A stretch of DNA of 64,000 bases, from assembly GCA_937951485.1 (NCBI GenBank), contig CALEDJ010000029.1, positions 4,589 to 68,588 of the forward strand, read 5' to 3'. The stretch is from an uncultured bacterium. Its GTDB lineage: Bacteria; Hydrogenedentota; Hydrogenedentia; Hydrogenedentales; CAILVY01. This document shows positions 30,321 through 41,904 of the stretch, piece by piece; the first letter of the stretch is position 1, and each line of letters starts with the position of its first letter. A model generated the notes under the pieces. That model was not told the DNA's origin, searched no databases, and worked only from the letters and a program-made list of their open reading frames with translations. The translations under genes were made by a program, and so were the position numbers.

Positions 30321-30349
30321 AATATATCACTTTTTTAAAAATTTGTCAA
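30321..30349 (-). promoter_or_regulatory. Sigma70 promoter of clpX
   Basis: TTGACA-17 bp-TATATT on the minus strand in an AT-rich patch. Confidence 0.7.
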
Positions 30350-30425
30350 TAGTTAATTTATTGTTCATATCCTGCATGTATTATACATCACAAGCAGCGA
30401 AAGTTCACCTGGGGGCTGCATTTGC

Positions 30426-30468
30426 AGGCGTTCCACCGCACCGGTGGTGAGGCGTTCCACCGCACCGG
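30426..30468. repeat. 19-bp direct repeat, period 24
   Basis: AGGCGTTCCACCGCACCGG at 30426 and 30450. Confidence 0.8.
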
Positions 30469-30519
30469 CGTTGAACAGAAGGGTGTTGTTTCTTCGCATC
30501 ATGTGGGTCTTTAGGGCTG

Positions 30520-31236
30520 CTATCCGCAAATAATCAGGTACAAGGCCAGGCCAATCAGCATGGTCGCAACAAACTTCTGAAAGCGTTGTTTGGAAATGCG
30601 CTCAATGATCTGTTTGGATATCCATGTTCCAAAAACCATGGCCACAGCCAGCAGCAGAGCCAATAACCAGAATTGGCGGTCAAGCGAAATACTGTTGCGG
30701 TAAACAATCATCTTCAATGCGTGGATCACCAGGGCTGAAGTTGCTTCACTGGCCACATATGCCACGGGCGGGAGACCCAATGTGAGGAAAAAGGCGGCCC
30801 CAAGCGGTCCAGCGCTGCCCGCCAGTCCGGACAGAAAACCCACCACCCCGCCCCCCAAAGCGAACAACCCCCAGTTAATTTCTGTCCGTGAGCGCCAGAT
30901 AATCCTGAAAATGACCAGCAGGAGAATGATAATGCCGATGCATCTGGTGACCAGACCCTCGGGGAGGTCAATAAACAAGGATGCCCCGAGCATGCAAAAC
31001 GGGGCTGCGCCCATGAGAAAAACGGCGACAGGCTTCCATTGAATCCGGGCAAAGCCGAAAGCCACTCTGGACAGATTTCCAACCAACTGCGCAGCCGTCA
31101 GAAGCGGAACGGCATGCGGCGCCGGAAGAAAAGCGGTGAGCAATGGCAGAAGAAGCAATGCGCCCCCAAATCCCGCGGCGCCGGAGACGGCCGCGGCGGA
31201 GCAGGCACCCGCAAATAGGATGAAATACACAAGCAT
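30520..31236 (-). CDS. TauE/SafE-family (TSUP) membrane exporter
   Basis: SGAAGFGGALLLLP and GFLSGLAGSAGP repeated motifs; about 8 hydrophobic segments. Confidence 0.85.
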   Translation of the reverse strand: MLVYFILFAGACSAAAVSGAAGFGGALLLLPLLTAFLPAPHAVPLLTAAQLVGNLSRVAFGFARIQWKPVAVFLMGAAPFCMLGASLFIDLPEGLVTRCIGIIILLLVIFRIIWRSRTEINWGLFALGGGVVGFLSGLAGSAGPLGAAFFLTLGLPPVAYVASEATSALVIHALKMIVYRNSISLDRQFWLLALLLAVAMVFGTWISKQIIERISKQRFQKFVATMLIGLALYLIICG

Positions 31237-31324
31237 GGAATCTCTCTGGATGGTCAGTTTGCCCTCCACCCCCGCCTTCTTGACGCATCGCGCCCCCTTG
31301 TATCGGTCAATGGAACAGCGAACA

Positions 31325-31981
31325 TTATTTGTTCTTGTTTCGATGCAGGACCTCGTCAATCAAACCGTAATGTTTTGCCTCATCGGCGCCCATGAAGAAA
31401 TCCCGGTCACTGTCACGGCGGATGACCTCCAGGGGCTGGCCGGTGTGGTTAACGAGGATTTCGTCAATCATTTCGCCGATACGGACGATTTCCCGCGCCT
31501 GGATTTCGATATCGCTGGCCTGGCCGTGCACGCCGCCCATGAGTTGGTGCAGCAGAAAGCGGGAATAGGGCAGGGCGTAACGCTTGCCCTTTGTGCCCGC
31601 AGCCATCAGCACCGCGCCCATGCTGGCGGCCTGTCCAAGACATATCGTTGCGACATCCGGCCGGATGAACTGCATGGTGTCGTAAATGGCCAGGCCTGCG
31701 GTGACGCTGCCGCCTGGCGTGTTGATGTAGATGTTGATGTCTTTGTCCGGGTCCTCGGCTTCAAGAAACAGCAACTGCGCTATGATGTAGTTGGCGACAT
31801 AGTCGTCAATAGGCATGCCGAGGAAAATGATGCGGTCCGCCAGGAGCCGGGAGTAAATGTCATAGGGGCGATCTCCCCGGCTGGTTTGTTCATAGATGGT
31901 GACCGCCCTCGGACTGACGGGGTTTGCGCCTTCCGGGGCGGCCATATGCCGCGTAAGAAGGTCCAGGGGGTCAGGACGCAT
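31325..31981 (-). CDS. clpP: ATP-dependent Clp protease proteolytic subunit
   Basis: [25 protein letters not shown] and DRD catalytic motifs; start uncertain (31981 or 31945). Confidence 0.96.
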   Translation of the reverse strand: MRPDPLDLLTRHMAAPEGANPVSPRAVTIYEQTSRGDRPYDIYSRLLADRIIFLGMPIDDYVANYIIAQLLFLEAEDPDKDINIYINTPGGSVTAGLAIYDTMQFIRPDVATICLGQAASMGAVLMAAGTKGKRYALPYSRFLLHQLMGGVHGQASDIEIQAREIVRIGEMIDEILVNHTGQPLEVIRRDSDRDFFMGADEAKHYGLIDEVLHRNKNK

Positions 31982-33446
31982 CTTCTTCGCCCTCCCGCTC
32001 CAGCGCATCCCGCGACATTTCCTTGTCAACATACGTTGCGCTTTCCGTCACCACGGCCATCGCTTTGCGCCGCAGAATGCGGTGGGCATAGTCGTTGTAA
32101 TTTTCTTCCTCGCTCAGGAAGCGGTTGACCACATTGATGTCGGCGCCGGTGCGGGCCGCCAGGTCTTCCACTTCGCGTTCAAAATCCTCTTCTGTCAATT
32201 CAAGCCCTTCGGCGGCGGCGATCTCCTGCAGCACCACCAGGCTCTTCAGTCCGTACTCCGCCGTTTTGCGGGCCTTGGCGCGCAGTTCCTCCTCCTTCGC
32301 GTCAATTTCGGCGCGCGGCACGCGCAACTGGGCCAGGCGACGAACCTCCTGTTCATAATACTCATTGGCGCTGCTGTCCAACAGCGACTTGGGCAATTCA
32401 AAGGTGCTTGCGGCCACGATAGCCTTCAGCGCCCGTTCTTCCACCAGCCGCCGCGTGATGTTGTCCACTTGATCACGCAGATTCTCAGCGGTCCTTTCGC
32501 GCAAGGCGGCCATGCTCTCCGCGCCGGCCATCTTTGCAAACTCGTCATTCAGATCCGGCATCTGCTTGCGCTTGATTTCGCGGACCTTGATGACAAACTC
32601 GGCGGTTTTTCCCGCGATTTCCTTGTTGTAAAAATCCTCGGCGAAGGTCACTTCGCAGCGGCGTTCGTCGCCCGCCTTGGCGCCGGTGAGTACTGACTCG
32701 AATTCCGGGAAAAAGCGCTTGCTTCCGAGGATGTAGGGATAATTCTCCGCCTTGTTGCCGGCGAAATCCGCGCCATCCACCGTCCCGTGGAAGTCAATCA
32801 CAACCTGGTCACCTTCCTCCGCCTTCCCCTTTGCCAGCGTCTCATACATGGCGTAGCGCCCGCGAAGTTCTTCCAGCGCTGCGTCAATTTCCTTTTCCGT
32901 CACCTTGAGTATGGGACGCTCCACTTCGATGCCCCGGTATTTCCCCAGTTCGCACTTGGGGAACACTTCGAACTTGATGGTGAACGCAAGCGCTTCCTCT
33001 TCGGGGCGCTCGAGGGCGTTCTCCAGCCCTTCCATCTCCGGGGTGCCAATCGGCCGAAGCCCATTGTCCTTGACCAATTTTTCGAAGGCGGCGCTCACCA
33101 TCTTTTCCGTGGCATCGCCGCGCACCGCCTTGCCGAATTTCTTTTCGACAAGTTTACGCGGCGCGCGTCCCCTGCGGAAGCCCTTCAGTTCCACCTCCGA
33201 CTGCAGTTTATCAAGCAGTTTGTCGCATTGCGCCCGCTCATTCGCCACGGGAATCGTGACGCCCACCTCATAACGGCAGTCTCCCTTGTAGGACACGTCG
33301 AAGACCGGGTCTTGCACGAATGTGAATTTGTCCTCGTCTTCGCCTTCCTCCTCGTGATGATGCGCATGCGCCTCTTGCGATGCTTGCGCCGCCGCATCCG
33401 TCGCTGCAACGGCGCCCGTGTCTTCGCGTGTTTCCTCGTCGCTCAT
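31971..33446 (-). CDS. tig: Trigger factor
   Basis: GFRRGRAP ribosome-binding motif, FKBP domain ([10 protein letters not shown]), position upstream of clpP. Confidence 0.95.
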   Translation of the reverse strand: MSDEETREDTGAVAATDAAAQASQEAHAHHHEEEGEDEDKFTFVQDPVFDVSYKGDCRYEVGVTIPVANERAQCDKLLDKLQSEVELKGFRRGRAPRKLVEKKFGKAVRGDATEKMVSAAFEKLVKDNGLRPIGTPEMEGLENALERPEEEALAFTIKFEVFPKCELGKYRGIEVERPILKVTEKEIDAALEELRGRYAMYETLAKGKAEEGDQVVIDFHGTVDGADFAGNKAENYPYILGSKRFFPEFESVLTGAKAGDERRCEVTFAEDFYNKEIAGKTAEFVIKVREIKRKQMPDLNDEFAKMAGAESMAALRERTAENLRDQVDNITRRLVEERALKAIVAASTFELPKSLLDSSANEYYEQEVRRLAQLRVPRAEIDAKEEELRAKARKTAEYGLKSLVVLQEIAAAEGLELTEEDFEREVEDLAARTGADINVVNRFLSEEENYNDYAHRILRRKAMAVVTESATYVDKEMSRDALEREGEEDAS

Positions 33447-33468
33447 GGTCTTTCATTCACTTTTCGTT

Positions 33469-33553
<85 letters not shown>

Positions 33554-33921
33554 ACATTTCCACATTACAATCTTCTATTATACCGCCTTACGCGGCGCGC
33601 ATCGAAAAAAAACGGGTCGAACGATCCCTTCGCCCGCCCGGGTGCCGCGCTTGGGAAGCAACCGGCTTGCCGCACTGCAATGGAACCCGCGCCCGGATAT
33701 AGCGCCGACACATGCCCGTCGCTTCTAAAACATTCCTTGTCAACGGGTTGCAGCAGGTAATGCTCGCTTACCCCGTTGCACACCCCGTTTTCCAATGGGA
33801 ATATTAGCATATTCACCCCTTTTGAAAGCAAGTTACAAGCCCTTTGACGGGACATCGGAATACCTTGCTGCCGTGACAGCCAAGCGAAACCTGACGCATA
33901 GCGCACGAAGAGATACCCAGA

Positions 33922-35775
33922 TTACCAGGATAGCATCTGCTCCAATCGCCCCAGGAACTGCCGCGCCCGCGCGGAAGCGGTATGGTACTGAAGGAAATGG
34001 TCGCGGCCAGCGCGGGCAATCGCGTCCGCCTCCTCCGGGTTGCGGTGCGCCCATTCCAGCCGGTCTTCCAGTTCGGGCAGATCATCGAAAAACAAGGCGG
34101 TGACGCCGTCTTCAAAGTTGTGGGGAATGCGGATGAGTGGACGCTCCGCGATCAGCAGGCAGCCATGCGCGGGAAGTTCCCAATAGCGCACCGTGTCGAA
34201 GCCAAAGCCGAACAGCGACACACCCGCACGGGACCGGAGCAGTTCCCGACGGTACGCCTCCTGAGTGTAGGGCGCTTCTTCAAGGGCGCGATTCAGCACT
34301 TCCTGCAAGCGACGCAGGTACAGCGGCCGCAACCCGAACACCCATTTTCCCGCCCAGAACAGGTCTTTGCTCCGCGTAGCGGCGCGTGACGGGGATTCCG
34401 GAACAAGGCGGTCCGGATACGCAAAGGGCAATGGACAGGCGTACGGACCATAGTCCACCCCCGCCAACATTTCCCGCTTGAAATAGGCCCTCACGGCGTC
34501 ACAGCCAAGGTACTCCAGAATGGCGGGGAGTTGATTATGCGCGCTGTCCCATGTGTCGTAGACGACAACGGGCAAGTCCGGCGCGGCCGCGATCAGTCGC
34601 CTTACTTCCGCCGGGCGCGCCCACTGCACCACATCCGCGTACAAGATCAGGTCGAAACGCCCCGCGCGCAGTTCCGATTCCAATTCCGGGACATCCCGCG
34701 CCGCCCCGGCATGATCGAAAACACAGGGGTAATTCTTCGCCGCCTCGCGTCCCTGGCCATGTAATGTCGCTTTCCAGGGATATTCCACCACATTTTCCGG
34801 CCCGATAACGCTGCACAGGCCGTCGTAGAGACAATCCATGCCGTAATCAGAGTAGTCATGTGTGATGACCAGGATACGCGGCGCGCGGCGCGCGCCGGAC
34901 CATACGGGAGCGGACTCCGGCGCGGGTCGCGCCGCCGGGTCGGGCCGCAGCGTTTCCAACAGGGTGCGCGTGGCGGGGTCCTCCCGAACATGCAGCACCG
35001 ACCGCAGCATTCGCGCCGCATAGTCCTCGTTGCCGAAGCAACGCCAAATAGCGGCGTGTGCGCGCCAGGCGGGATGGCGACAGGGGTCCACATAGATGAT
35101 GGTGTAGAAATTCTTCTGGATGGATTGGAACACGCGGTCATCCGCGCCGGGCCTGGGTTCCGGGCATTGTGTCAGCCATTGCAGGTAATGCTCGTGCTTT
35201 TGGGTGAACGCCAACGCAAGGGTATCGGTATCGGGGAAAAGGCTGGTGTCAATGCCGTCAATCACGGCGATTGCTTGAAGAGGCGCTCCCGCCGCCGCCA
35301 GCGATTGTGCGTGCAGAAGCGGATTGTAGCCGTGCCGCACAGCCGTCAACACACAGCCCCCGCTCACATCGCCGGGACGGTCTTTGGGGTGCCAGCCGTA
35401 GGGAAGAAATCCCGCCGCTTCCAAGGTGGGAAACAGTTGATCAAGAGGGAAAACGTTTTTCTCCGGCTCCGGCGCATAGAGCAAAAACAGCAGACGCCCG
35501 GTATTATTGAGCGCCGTCGAGAAGCGCTCAATGGTGTCCTTCAAAGCACCTGACGTTTCCGGCAGTCGCCAGAAGAACACGGCGTCAAACGGCCTGCCGG
35601 GGAGCGCTTTTTCCCCCATTTCCACAAAATCGGCTTCCTGCCCCCGCGCAGCGTGCGCGTCCGACAGGACTTGTGAAAACTCGCCCACATGCAGCACGCG
35701 ACGGACATAGGCGGGCAAGAGATCATCCCACGCGATAATCAGGCCGGGTCCGCCGTCGGTCTGCTCCGCCGCCAT
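33922..35775 (-). CDS. Glycosyltransferase, GT-B CgeB-like C-terminal domain with long N-terminal extension
   Basis: YFKRE, GFGFDTVRYWELPAHG and IARAGRDHFLQYHT motifs; N-terminus resembles a degenerate methyltransferase plus helical repeat. Confidence 0.7.
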   Translation of the reverse strand: MAAEQTDGGPGLIIAWDDLLPAYVRRVLHVGEFSQVLSDAHAARGQEADFVEMGEKALPGRPFDAVFFWRLPETSGALKDTIERFSTALNNTGRLLFLLYAPEPEKNVFPLDQLFPTLEAAGFLPYGWHPKDRPGDVSGGCVLTAVRHGYNPLLHAQSLAAAGAPLQAIAVIDGIDTSLFPDTDTLALAFTQKHEHYLQWLTQCPEPRPGADDRVFQSIQKNFYTIIYVDPCRHPAWRAHAAIWRCFGNEDYAARMLRSVLHVREDPATRTLLETLRPDPAARPAPESAPVWSGARRAPRILVITHDYSDYGMDCLYDGLCSVIGPENVVEYPWKATLHGQGREAAKNYPCVFDHAGAARDVPELESELRAGRFDLILYADVVQWARPAEVRRLIAAAPDLPVVVYDTWDSAHNQLPAILEYLGCDAVRAYFKREMLAGVDYGPYACPLPFAYPDRLVPESPSRAATRSKDLFWAGKWVFGLRPLYLRRLQEVLNRALEEAPYTQEAYRRELLRSRAGVSLFGFGFDTVRYWELPAHGCLLIAERPLIRIPHNFEDGVTALFFDDLPELEDRLEWAHRNPEEADAIARAGRDHFLQYHTASARARQFLGRLEQMLSW

Positions 35776-35812
35776 GCGCTGCTTCCTCCTGCATTCTGCT
35801 GATCAGGCGCGC

Positions 35813-37096
35813 CTATTCAATGTAACCGAGGCTTCGCAGCGCTTCGATGTCGTCCGCGTCCAGCGCTTCAGCCTCCGGCACGCCATGTTCCGTGACGACG
35901 TCCCACTGTTGCACCATGACTTGCAGCGCCGACACACGGTCCGGATGAACTTCGGCGATGTTGTTCAATTCTCCCGGATCATCCGGGAGATAGAACAAGT
36001 GTGTCTGTCGGTCATACAACACCAGTTTCCAGCCTTCCTGGATGACGCCTTGGCGCAACGGGCGCCGGTCGGCCATGAGCGCCTTCGCACCCGGCACCCG
36101 GGGCACCGCGCCGCCATAGGTTTCAAAAATACGGGCGCGTGACATCGGCGGCCCCTGGCGCAGCAGATCGAGTCCCAGCATGCCTTCGATTTCCGGCAGG
36201 CCGGCCAGTCCCAGAAGCGTCGGGCCGATATCAATACCCTGCGCAGGGACGGATGTCCGGCCCGGCTTCAGTCCCGGCGCGCGAATCATCAGCGGAATAT
36301 GAATGCCGGGTTGATGGATGCGGCGGCCATGGCCAAGGTAACCGTGCTCAAAAAGGGCTTCGCCATGGTCCCCTACAAACAACACCGCCGTGTTCTCCGG
36401 CAGGGCCGCCAGGACCGGCGCGATCATCGCATCCGTATAGGCCACTTCGGAATCGTACCGTGCCGGCACGCGGTATTTCTTCCTAAAACGCCATGCACTG
36501 ATTCCCGCCGGGTTGTAGTTGCGGCGCATCTTGTAGGGGGCGTGCGGATCGGAGTAATGAATCCATGCGAAGAAGGGGCGGGATGTGTCGCGTTGCTCCA
36601 ATAACTCCAAGGCAATTCGGGTGACTTCATGCGCCTGGCGCTCCGCCTTGATCAAACCCCATCGCCGCTTGTGAAAACCGTCATCATAGATGTCAAAGCC
36701 GCGATTGAGTCCGGAAAGCCGCGCTTTCAGGGTCCAATTGCTCTGCACACAAAACGTGTAATAGCCGGCGTCCTGAAACCGCTCCACGACCGTCGGGATA
36801 TCCGCTGACAGGCGCAATCCGTTGCGCTTCATGCCGATCATGCGCGGATGCCGCGAGGTAAGCATTGCGCCGAAAGAGGGACCTGTAAGCGGCACGTCAC
36901 ATACGCAGTCCTCAAAAAGCAGGGCGTCTTCCGCAAAACGGTCGAGATTGGGGGTGGTATTCAGGGGATAGCCGTAACAGCCCAGCCGGTCCGCGCGCAG
37001 GGTATCCACGGAAAGCAACACCACATTGACCGGCGCAGGCGGAACCTCCGCCCCCCAGAAAAGCATCGTCAACGCCAGCCAGGAAATTGCAGTCAA
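35813..37096 (-). CDS. Sulfatase-like hydrolase/transferase (alkaline phosphatase superfamily)
   Basis: SVDTLRAD, TPNLD, HYSDPHAPY, GDHGE and LRSLGY motifs; nucleophile motif reads TGPSF. Confidence 0.85.
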   Translation of the reverse strand: MTAISWLALTMLFWGAEVPPAPVNVVLLSVDTLRADRLGCYGYPLNTTPNLDRFAEDALLFEDCVCDVPLTGPSFGAMLTSRHPRMIGMKRNGLRLSADIPTVVERFQDAGYYTFCVQSNWTLKARLSGLNRGFDIYDDGFHKRRWGLIKAERQAHEVTRIALELLEQRDTSRPFFAWIHYSDPHAPYKMRRNYNPAGISAWRFRKKYRVPARYDSEVAYTDAMIAPVLAALPENTAVLFVGDHGEALFEHGYLGHGRRIHQPGIHIPLMIRAPGLKPGRTSVPAQGIDIGPTLLGLAGLPEIEGMLGLDLLRQGPPMSRARIFETYGGAVPRVPGAKALMADRRPLRQGVIQEGWKLVLYDRQTHLFYLPDDPGELNNIAEVHPDRVSALQVMVQQWDVVTEHGVPEAEALDADDIEALRSLGYIE

Positions 37097-37103
37097 AACC
37101 GCC

Positions 37104-37538
37104 TCACTCCTGCTCGTAACGGATCACCAGCGGCAGCGATTCTTTCAAGGGAAATACATTGCCTCGCTTGTCCCGGATGGGCACGGGAGTGCCATCTGAA
37201 CGCAGCGCAGTCAACTCCAGCAAAAATTCGCCCGGCGGCGCCTGGAAGGGCACCTGCACCGCCAGCGACCACACGCCGTCCCCTGCCTTCTTATCGCCCG
37301 ATGCGCCGTCATCGCGCAGATTGAAAACAATACGCGGTTCCTCAACAACCACCCCCTGTACCCGCCGCACAATATCGTGCCGGTCTTTGACCTGCACGGA
37401 AATCAACGCTGTGTCACCCGGTTTCAATTCTTCCGGGACAATCGAAGCATTATTCATGCGCGGCACGCCGGAGAAGGTATGGCACCCCGCCAGAAAAAGC
37501 GCCGCAACCAGGATCACCGTCATGCCGAATCGTTTCAT
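37104..37538 (-). CDS. Lipoprotein with choice-of-anchor-X-like motif
   Basis: Lipobox FLAG-C; LRDDGASGDKKAGDGVWS motif. Confidence 0.7.
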   Translation of the reverse strand: MKRFGMTVILVAALFLAGCHTFSGVPRMNNASIVPEELKPGDTALISVQVKDRHDIVRRVQGVVVEEPRIVFNLRDDGASGDKKAGDGVWSLAVQVPFQAPPGEFLLELTALRSDGTPVPIRDKRGNVFPLKESLPLVIRYEQE

Positions 37539-37741
37539 GATTGACTCACTCCGTTGCTTTCCGCAAACAACGCCGCCGCTGCCTCCAACGTTGACTCCGG
37601 CCAACAGCCTAATCTACCGGCGCACAGTCTGTCAAACAATGATTGTCGAAAAAGCAAGACTTTGCGCCTGGGCGGCCCCGTCAATACAATATGATTTGTG
37701 AGGTCTTGAAAAGCCCGCGGCTCTCACAAAGGTTCTTCCGC

Positions 37742-38635
37742 ATGAATAATCATATGGCTCCAGCGTGGATGGTGTCGTTGCATGGCGGTCACAGCCGGGC
37801 ATATTGCGACCACGCGAAGGACGATTTGGAAACCCTGATTCAGACAGCGATTCAACGCGGTTGCCGGGTCTATGGATTGACGGAGCATGCGCCTCGGATA
37901 GAGGCGCATCGGCTTTATCGTGAGGAAATCGCGATGGGCTGGACCACTGAAACACTGGACCGGCTGTTCTCGGAATATGCCGCCGAAGCGCAGCGGTTGT
38001 CGCGGCAGTGCGCAGACCGCATCGCCATCCTGTGCGGATTCGAGGCGGAAGTGGTCCCGGAAGACCGCTATGCGGAAATCATGCAGGGATATCGGCAACG
38101 GCTTGGTTTTGTTTACATGGTGGGGTCCGTGCATTGGGTGGCGGGACACATTATTGACTACCGGCAGGAGGATTTCGACGCGGCAGTGCACGCATGTGGC
38201 GGATTGGAACGCCTCGCGGTGCGCTATTACGACACCGTGGCGGAGATGTTGCGGCGCTTGCGTCCGGAAGTCGCCGCCCACCTCGACCTGATCCGTAAGT
38301 GCGCGCCGGATGAGTCGTCGATCAACACGCCTGCGGTGCGCCGCGCTGCCATGGCGGCGTTGGAGGCTGTTCGCGAGACCGGGGCGATTCTCGACGTAAA
38401 CACAGCGGCATACCGCACAGGAAAATCCCATCCCTACCCCGCCCCATGGCTGGTGCGGGCCGCAAGGGATATGGGCATTCCTTTCTGTTTTGGCGATGAC
38501 AGCCACAGCGCCGCCCATGTGGCCGACGGCATCCCGCGCGCGCGGGACTATCTGCTGGAGCATGGCGTTCGGGCCATAATCGCTCTGGTCCCCCGCGCCG
38601 ACGGCCTGGAAAAGGTGGAAATACCCCTGGTCTGA
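37742..38635 (+). CDS. Histidinol phosphatase, HisJ/PHP family
   Basis: HGGHS..CDHA, TEHAP, GSVHW, AHLDL and DDSH motifs. Confidence 0.85.
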   Translation: MNNHMAPAWMVSLHGGHSRAYCDHAKDDLETLIQTAIQRGCRVYGLTEHAPRIEAHRLYREEIAMGWTTETLDRLFSEYAAEAQRLSRQCADRIAILCGFEAEVVPEDRYAEIMQGYRQRLGFVYMVGSVHWVAGHIIDYRQEDFDAAVHACGGLERLAVRYYDTVAEMLRRLRPEVAAHLDLIRKCAPDESSINTPAVRRAAMAALEAVRETGAILDVNTAAYRTGKSHPYPAPWLVRAARDMGIPFCFGDDSHSAAHVADGIPRARDYLLEHGVRAIIALVPRADGLEKVEIPLV

Positions 38636-38954
38636 CATGCGGTGCAGCGTAAAAGAGGAAAACTCTTGAAAAGAAACGCTCGTGTTTGTTAGCCTTGTGC
38701 TGTGTCGCCGGAGGATTGCGTGTGCCGATTCCGACCCTTCCGTGAAGGAAACGGGAACTGCCGGGTGGGATTGCATTCTTTCGTCTGTCCTCGATGCGGC
38801 GGCAAGTGGCGCGGGCCATGATAGACCGGGGTGATTTCGAGCAGGCTTGCGCAATGAATTCCGGCGGGTGATGCCGGGATATTCGTCCGCGTGAAGTCAA
38901 AGTGTTTCACAGGTTTCGGGACACACGGGGCGCATTCAAGAAGGGAAACATGCT

Positions 38955-40544
38955 ATGGCCAAGATACTGGTTTTAGATGGACTGAGCGAAGAAGGGGTGC
39001 GGGTACTCCGTGAGGGTGGGCATGAGGTGGATGTCAAGCCACCCCAGAAGCCCGACGAACTTGCCGCCATCATCGGCGAGTACGACGGATTGGTGGTGCG
39101 CAGTGCGACGAAAGTCACCGCGGAAGCGCTTCGACGCGCCAGACGCCTGAAAGTCATCGGTCGCGCCGGTGTGGGCACGGACAATATAGACAACGATACG
39201 GCGACGCAAATGGGCGTCATCGTGATGAACACGCCGGGCGGCAACACGATCTCGACTTGCGAGCACACCTTCGCGCTGTTGTTTGCGCTGTGCCGCAATA
39301 TCCCCAGCGCACACTTCTCCATGATGGAAGGCCGTTGGGACCGCAAGAAATTCAGCGGCTGCGAAGTGCAAGGCAAGACATTGGGCGTTATCGGGGTTGG
39401 CCGCATCGGGGGAGCAGTCGCCAAACGCGCCCAGGCGTTTGAGATGAAGGTGCTCGCCTTCGATCCGCTCCTCTCACCGCTCAAGGCGGAAACTCTGGGC
39501 GTGGAACTGGTTGAGTTTGACGACCTCTTGGGGCGGTCGGATTTCATTACCATCCACGCGCCAAAATCAGAAAAGACCAATAACATGATACGGGCGGAGC
39601 ATTTCAAGCGCATGAAGCCCACCTGCCGCATCATTAATTGCGCCCGGGGCGGCATCGTGAACGAACAGGACCTGGCGGATGCGCTGCGCCGGAAAATCAT
39701 CGCGGGGGCCGCGTTGGATGTTTTTACCTCCGAACCTCCCGAAAACAATCCCTTTATCGGACTGGACAATATTGTGATGACACCGCACCTGGCCGCGTCC
39801 ACAGACGAGGCGCAACTTAACGTGGCCATGGATATTGCGCGCCAAATCGTGGACTACCTGAACACGGGCGCGATCGTCAACGCGGTCAACGTGCCCAGTC
39901 TGGACGCGGAAACGCGGAAAACGCTGCAACCTCTGCTCTATCTGGCAGAACGGATGGGGCTGTTTCAGGCGCATTTCGTCGAGGGACGGCCAATATCCAT
40001 TGAGATTGAATACTCCGGGGACTTGGGCGTAACGGATACCTATCCCATCACAGCGACAGTTTTGACGGGATTTCTTCGCCCCTCGGTGGAGACGGTCAAC
40101 ATGATCAGCGCCCCAAGCCAATTGAAGGAACTCGGCATCGAATCAAGCGAAAAACGCAGCGCCGCCCAGTCCAACTACGCCTTTGAGATCGGCGTCACTG
40201 TGGTCACTGACCAGGAACAGCATACGGTTAAGGGCACCCTTTTCCATAAGACGGATGCGCGCATTTGCAGCATTGACAACACACGCGTGGACGTCAAACC
40301 GGAAGGCCCAATGCTTGTCTGCATGAATGAAGACAGACCGCTGGTGCTGGGCAGGGTGTGCAGCCGAATCGGTGAAGCCGGTGTGAATATCGCCAACCTG
40401 ACCCTCGGCCGCGACGCACGCGGCGGTCATGCATTGATTGTACTGAACCTCGATCAGCCGATCAATGAAGAGGTGTTGGCCGCCTGTCGCAAGGTGCCTT
40501 TTGTAAAAGAGGCCCGGTGCGTCATGCTGCCCAACAGTCAATAG
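38955..40544 (+). CDS. serA: D-3-phosphoglycerate dehydrogenase (long type with ASB and ACT domains)
   Basis: [21 protein letters not shown] and TPHLAAST motifs; C-terminal ACT domain. Confidence 0.95.
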   Translation: MAKILVLDGLSEEGVRVLREGGHEVDVKPPQKPDELAAIIGEYDGLVVRSATKVTAEALRRARRLKVIGRAGVGTDNIDNDTATQMGVIVMNTPGGNTISTCEHTFALLFALCRNIPSAHFSMMEGRWDRKKFSGCEVQGKTLGVIGVGRIGGAVAKRAQAFEMKVLAFDPLLSPLKAETLGVELVEFDDLLGRSDFITIHAPKSEKTNNMIRAEHFKRMKPTCRIINCARGGIVNEQDLADALRRKIIAGAALDVFTSEPPENNPFIGLDNIVMTPHLAASTDEAQLNVAMDIARQIVDYLNTGAIVNAVNVPSLDAETRKTLQPLLYLAERMGLFQAHFVEGRPISIEIEYSGDLGVTDTYPITATVLTGFLRPSVETVNMISAPSQLKELGIESSEKRSAAQSNYAFEIGVTVVTDQEQHTVKGTLFHKTDARICSIDNTRVDVKPEGPMLVCMNEDRPLVLGRVCSRIGEAGVNIANLTLGRDARGGHALIVLNLDQPINEEVLAACRKVPFVKEARCVMLPNSQ

Positions 40545-40576
40545 CCGCCGTGCGCCGGGATAAAAGGAATTTCATC

Positions 40577-41818
40577 ATGCACAAAAACGGTCTTCTGTCT
40601 CCGCCTGAAGGAGACAAAGTGACCTTGAGTCCCGATGGAACCGTGCAAACGCCGGACCACCCTATCATCGGCTTCATTGAAGGTGACGGCATCGGCCCTG
40701 ACATCTGGAAGGCGTCGAAATTTCTGTTCGACGCTGCGGTCCGCCATTGCTATGGCGAGGCCCGGAAAATTGCCTGGATGGAATTGCTCGCGGGGGAGAA
40801 GGCAAACAAGCGGTGCGGAACTTATCTGCCGGAGGAGACTCTGGACGCCATTCGTGAATACGGCCTGGCCATCAAGGGGCCGCTCACCACGCCTGTGGGA
40901 CAAGGCTTTCGAAGCCTGAACGTGGCCCTGCGCCAAAAACTGGAGTTGTACGCCTGTGTGCGACCGATTCGCCATTTCGAGGGCGTGCCAAGCCCGGTGC
41001 GTAATCCCCATCATGTGAACATGATCATTTTCCGCGAAAACACGGAAGACCTCTATGCGGGATTCGAACTGGAATCTGGTTCCGAGGAGGCGCTCAAACT
41101 GATCCAGTTCTGCCGCGACCAATTCGGCTGGCCGATCCGCCAGGATTCAGGGCTTGGCCTCAAGCCCATCAGCGCCACAGGCACCAAACGGCTGGTCCGC
41201 GCCGCAATTCGATATGCCCTGGCGCACAACCGCAAGAGCGTCACCCTTGTGCATAAAGGCAACATCATGAAATATACCGAGGGCGCATTCTTGCGCTGGG
41301 GCTACGAAGTGGCGCGCGAGGAATTCGCGGGCGCCGCCGTGACGTGGGCCGACTGCAACGGGAAACCGGGTGACAAACTCCTGGTGAAAGACGCCATCGC
41401 CGACATCACCTTTCAGCAGGTCATCACCCGCCCGAAGGAGTTTGATGTCATCGCCACCATGAATCTCAATGGCGATTATCTCAGCGACGCGCTTGCGGCG
41501 CAGGTCGGGGGGATCGGCATTGCGCCGGGAGCCAACATCAATTATGAGACGGGCGTGGCGCTTTTTGAGGCCACCCACGGCACTGCGCCGAAATACGCCA
41601 ACCTGGACAAGGTGAACCCCAGCAGCCTGGTGCTCTCCGGCGTGATGATGTTCGAATATCTGGGCTGGACAGAGGTTTCCGAGGCATTGACGAAGGCAAT
41701 GACCAAAACGTTCCGAGCCAGGACTGTTACCTACGATTTCGCCCGGCTTATGGAAGGCGCCACAACCGTGAAATGCAGCGAATTCGCACATGCGGTTGCT
41801 TCAAATCTCGGAAAATAG
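40577..41818 (+). CDS. icd: Isocitrate dehydrogenase (E. coli type)
   Basis: [37 protein letters not shown] and HGTAPKYA motifs. Confidence 0.97.
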   Translation: MHKNGLLSPPEGDKVTLSPDGTVQTPDHPIIGFIEGDGIGPDIWKASKFLFDAAVRHCYGEARKIAWMELLAGEKANKRCGTYLPEETLDAIREYGLAIKGPLTTPVGQGFRSLNVALRQKLELYACVRPIRHFEGVPSPVRNPHHVNMIIFRENTEDLYAGFELESGSEEALKLIQFCRDQFGWPIRQDSGLGLKPISATGTKRLVRAAIRYALAHNRKSVTLVHKGNIMKYTEGAFLRWGYEVAREEFAGAAVTWADCNGKPGDKLLVKDAIADITFQQVITRPKEFDVIATMNLNGDYLSDALAAQVGGIGIAPGANINYETGVALFEATHGTAPKYANLDKVNPSSLVLSGVMMFEYLGWTEVSEALTKAMTKTFRARTVTYDFARLMEGATTVKCSEFAHAVASNLGK

Positions 41819-41904
41819 TCTGTTCACCCAGCGCCTGTCACAAGCATTATACAAAACAGTTTTTGCGCCTTTGCGGCAATGTTTTTTCGGAGGAGATCGC
41901 TCTT

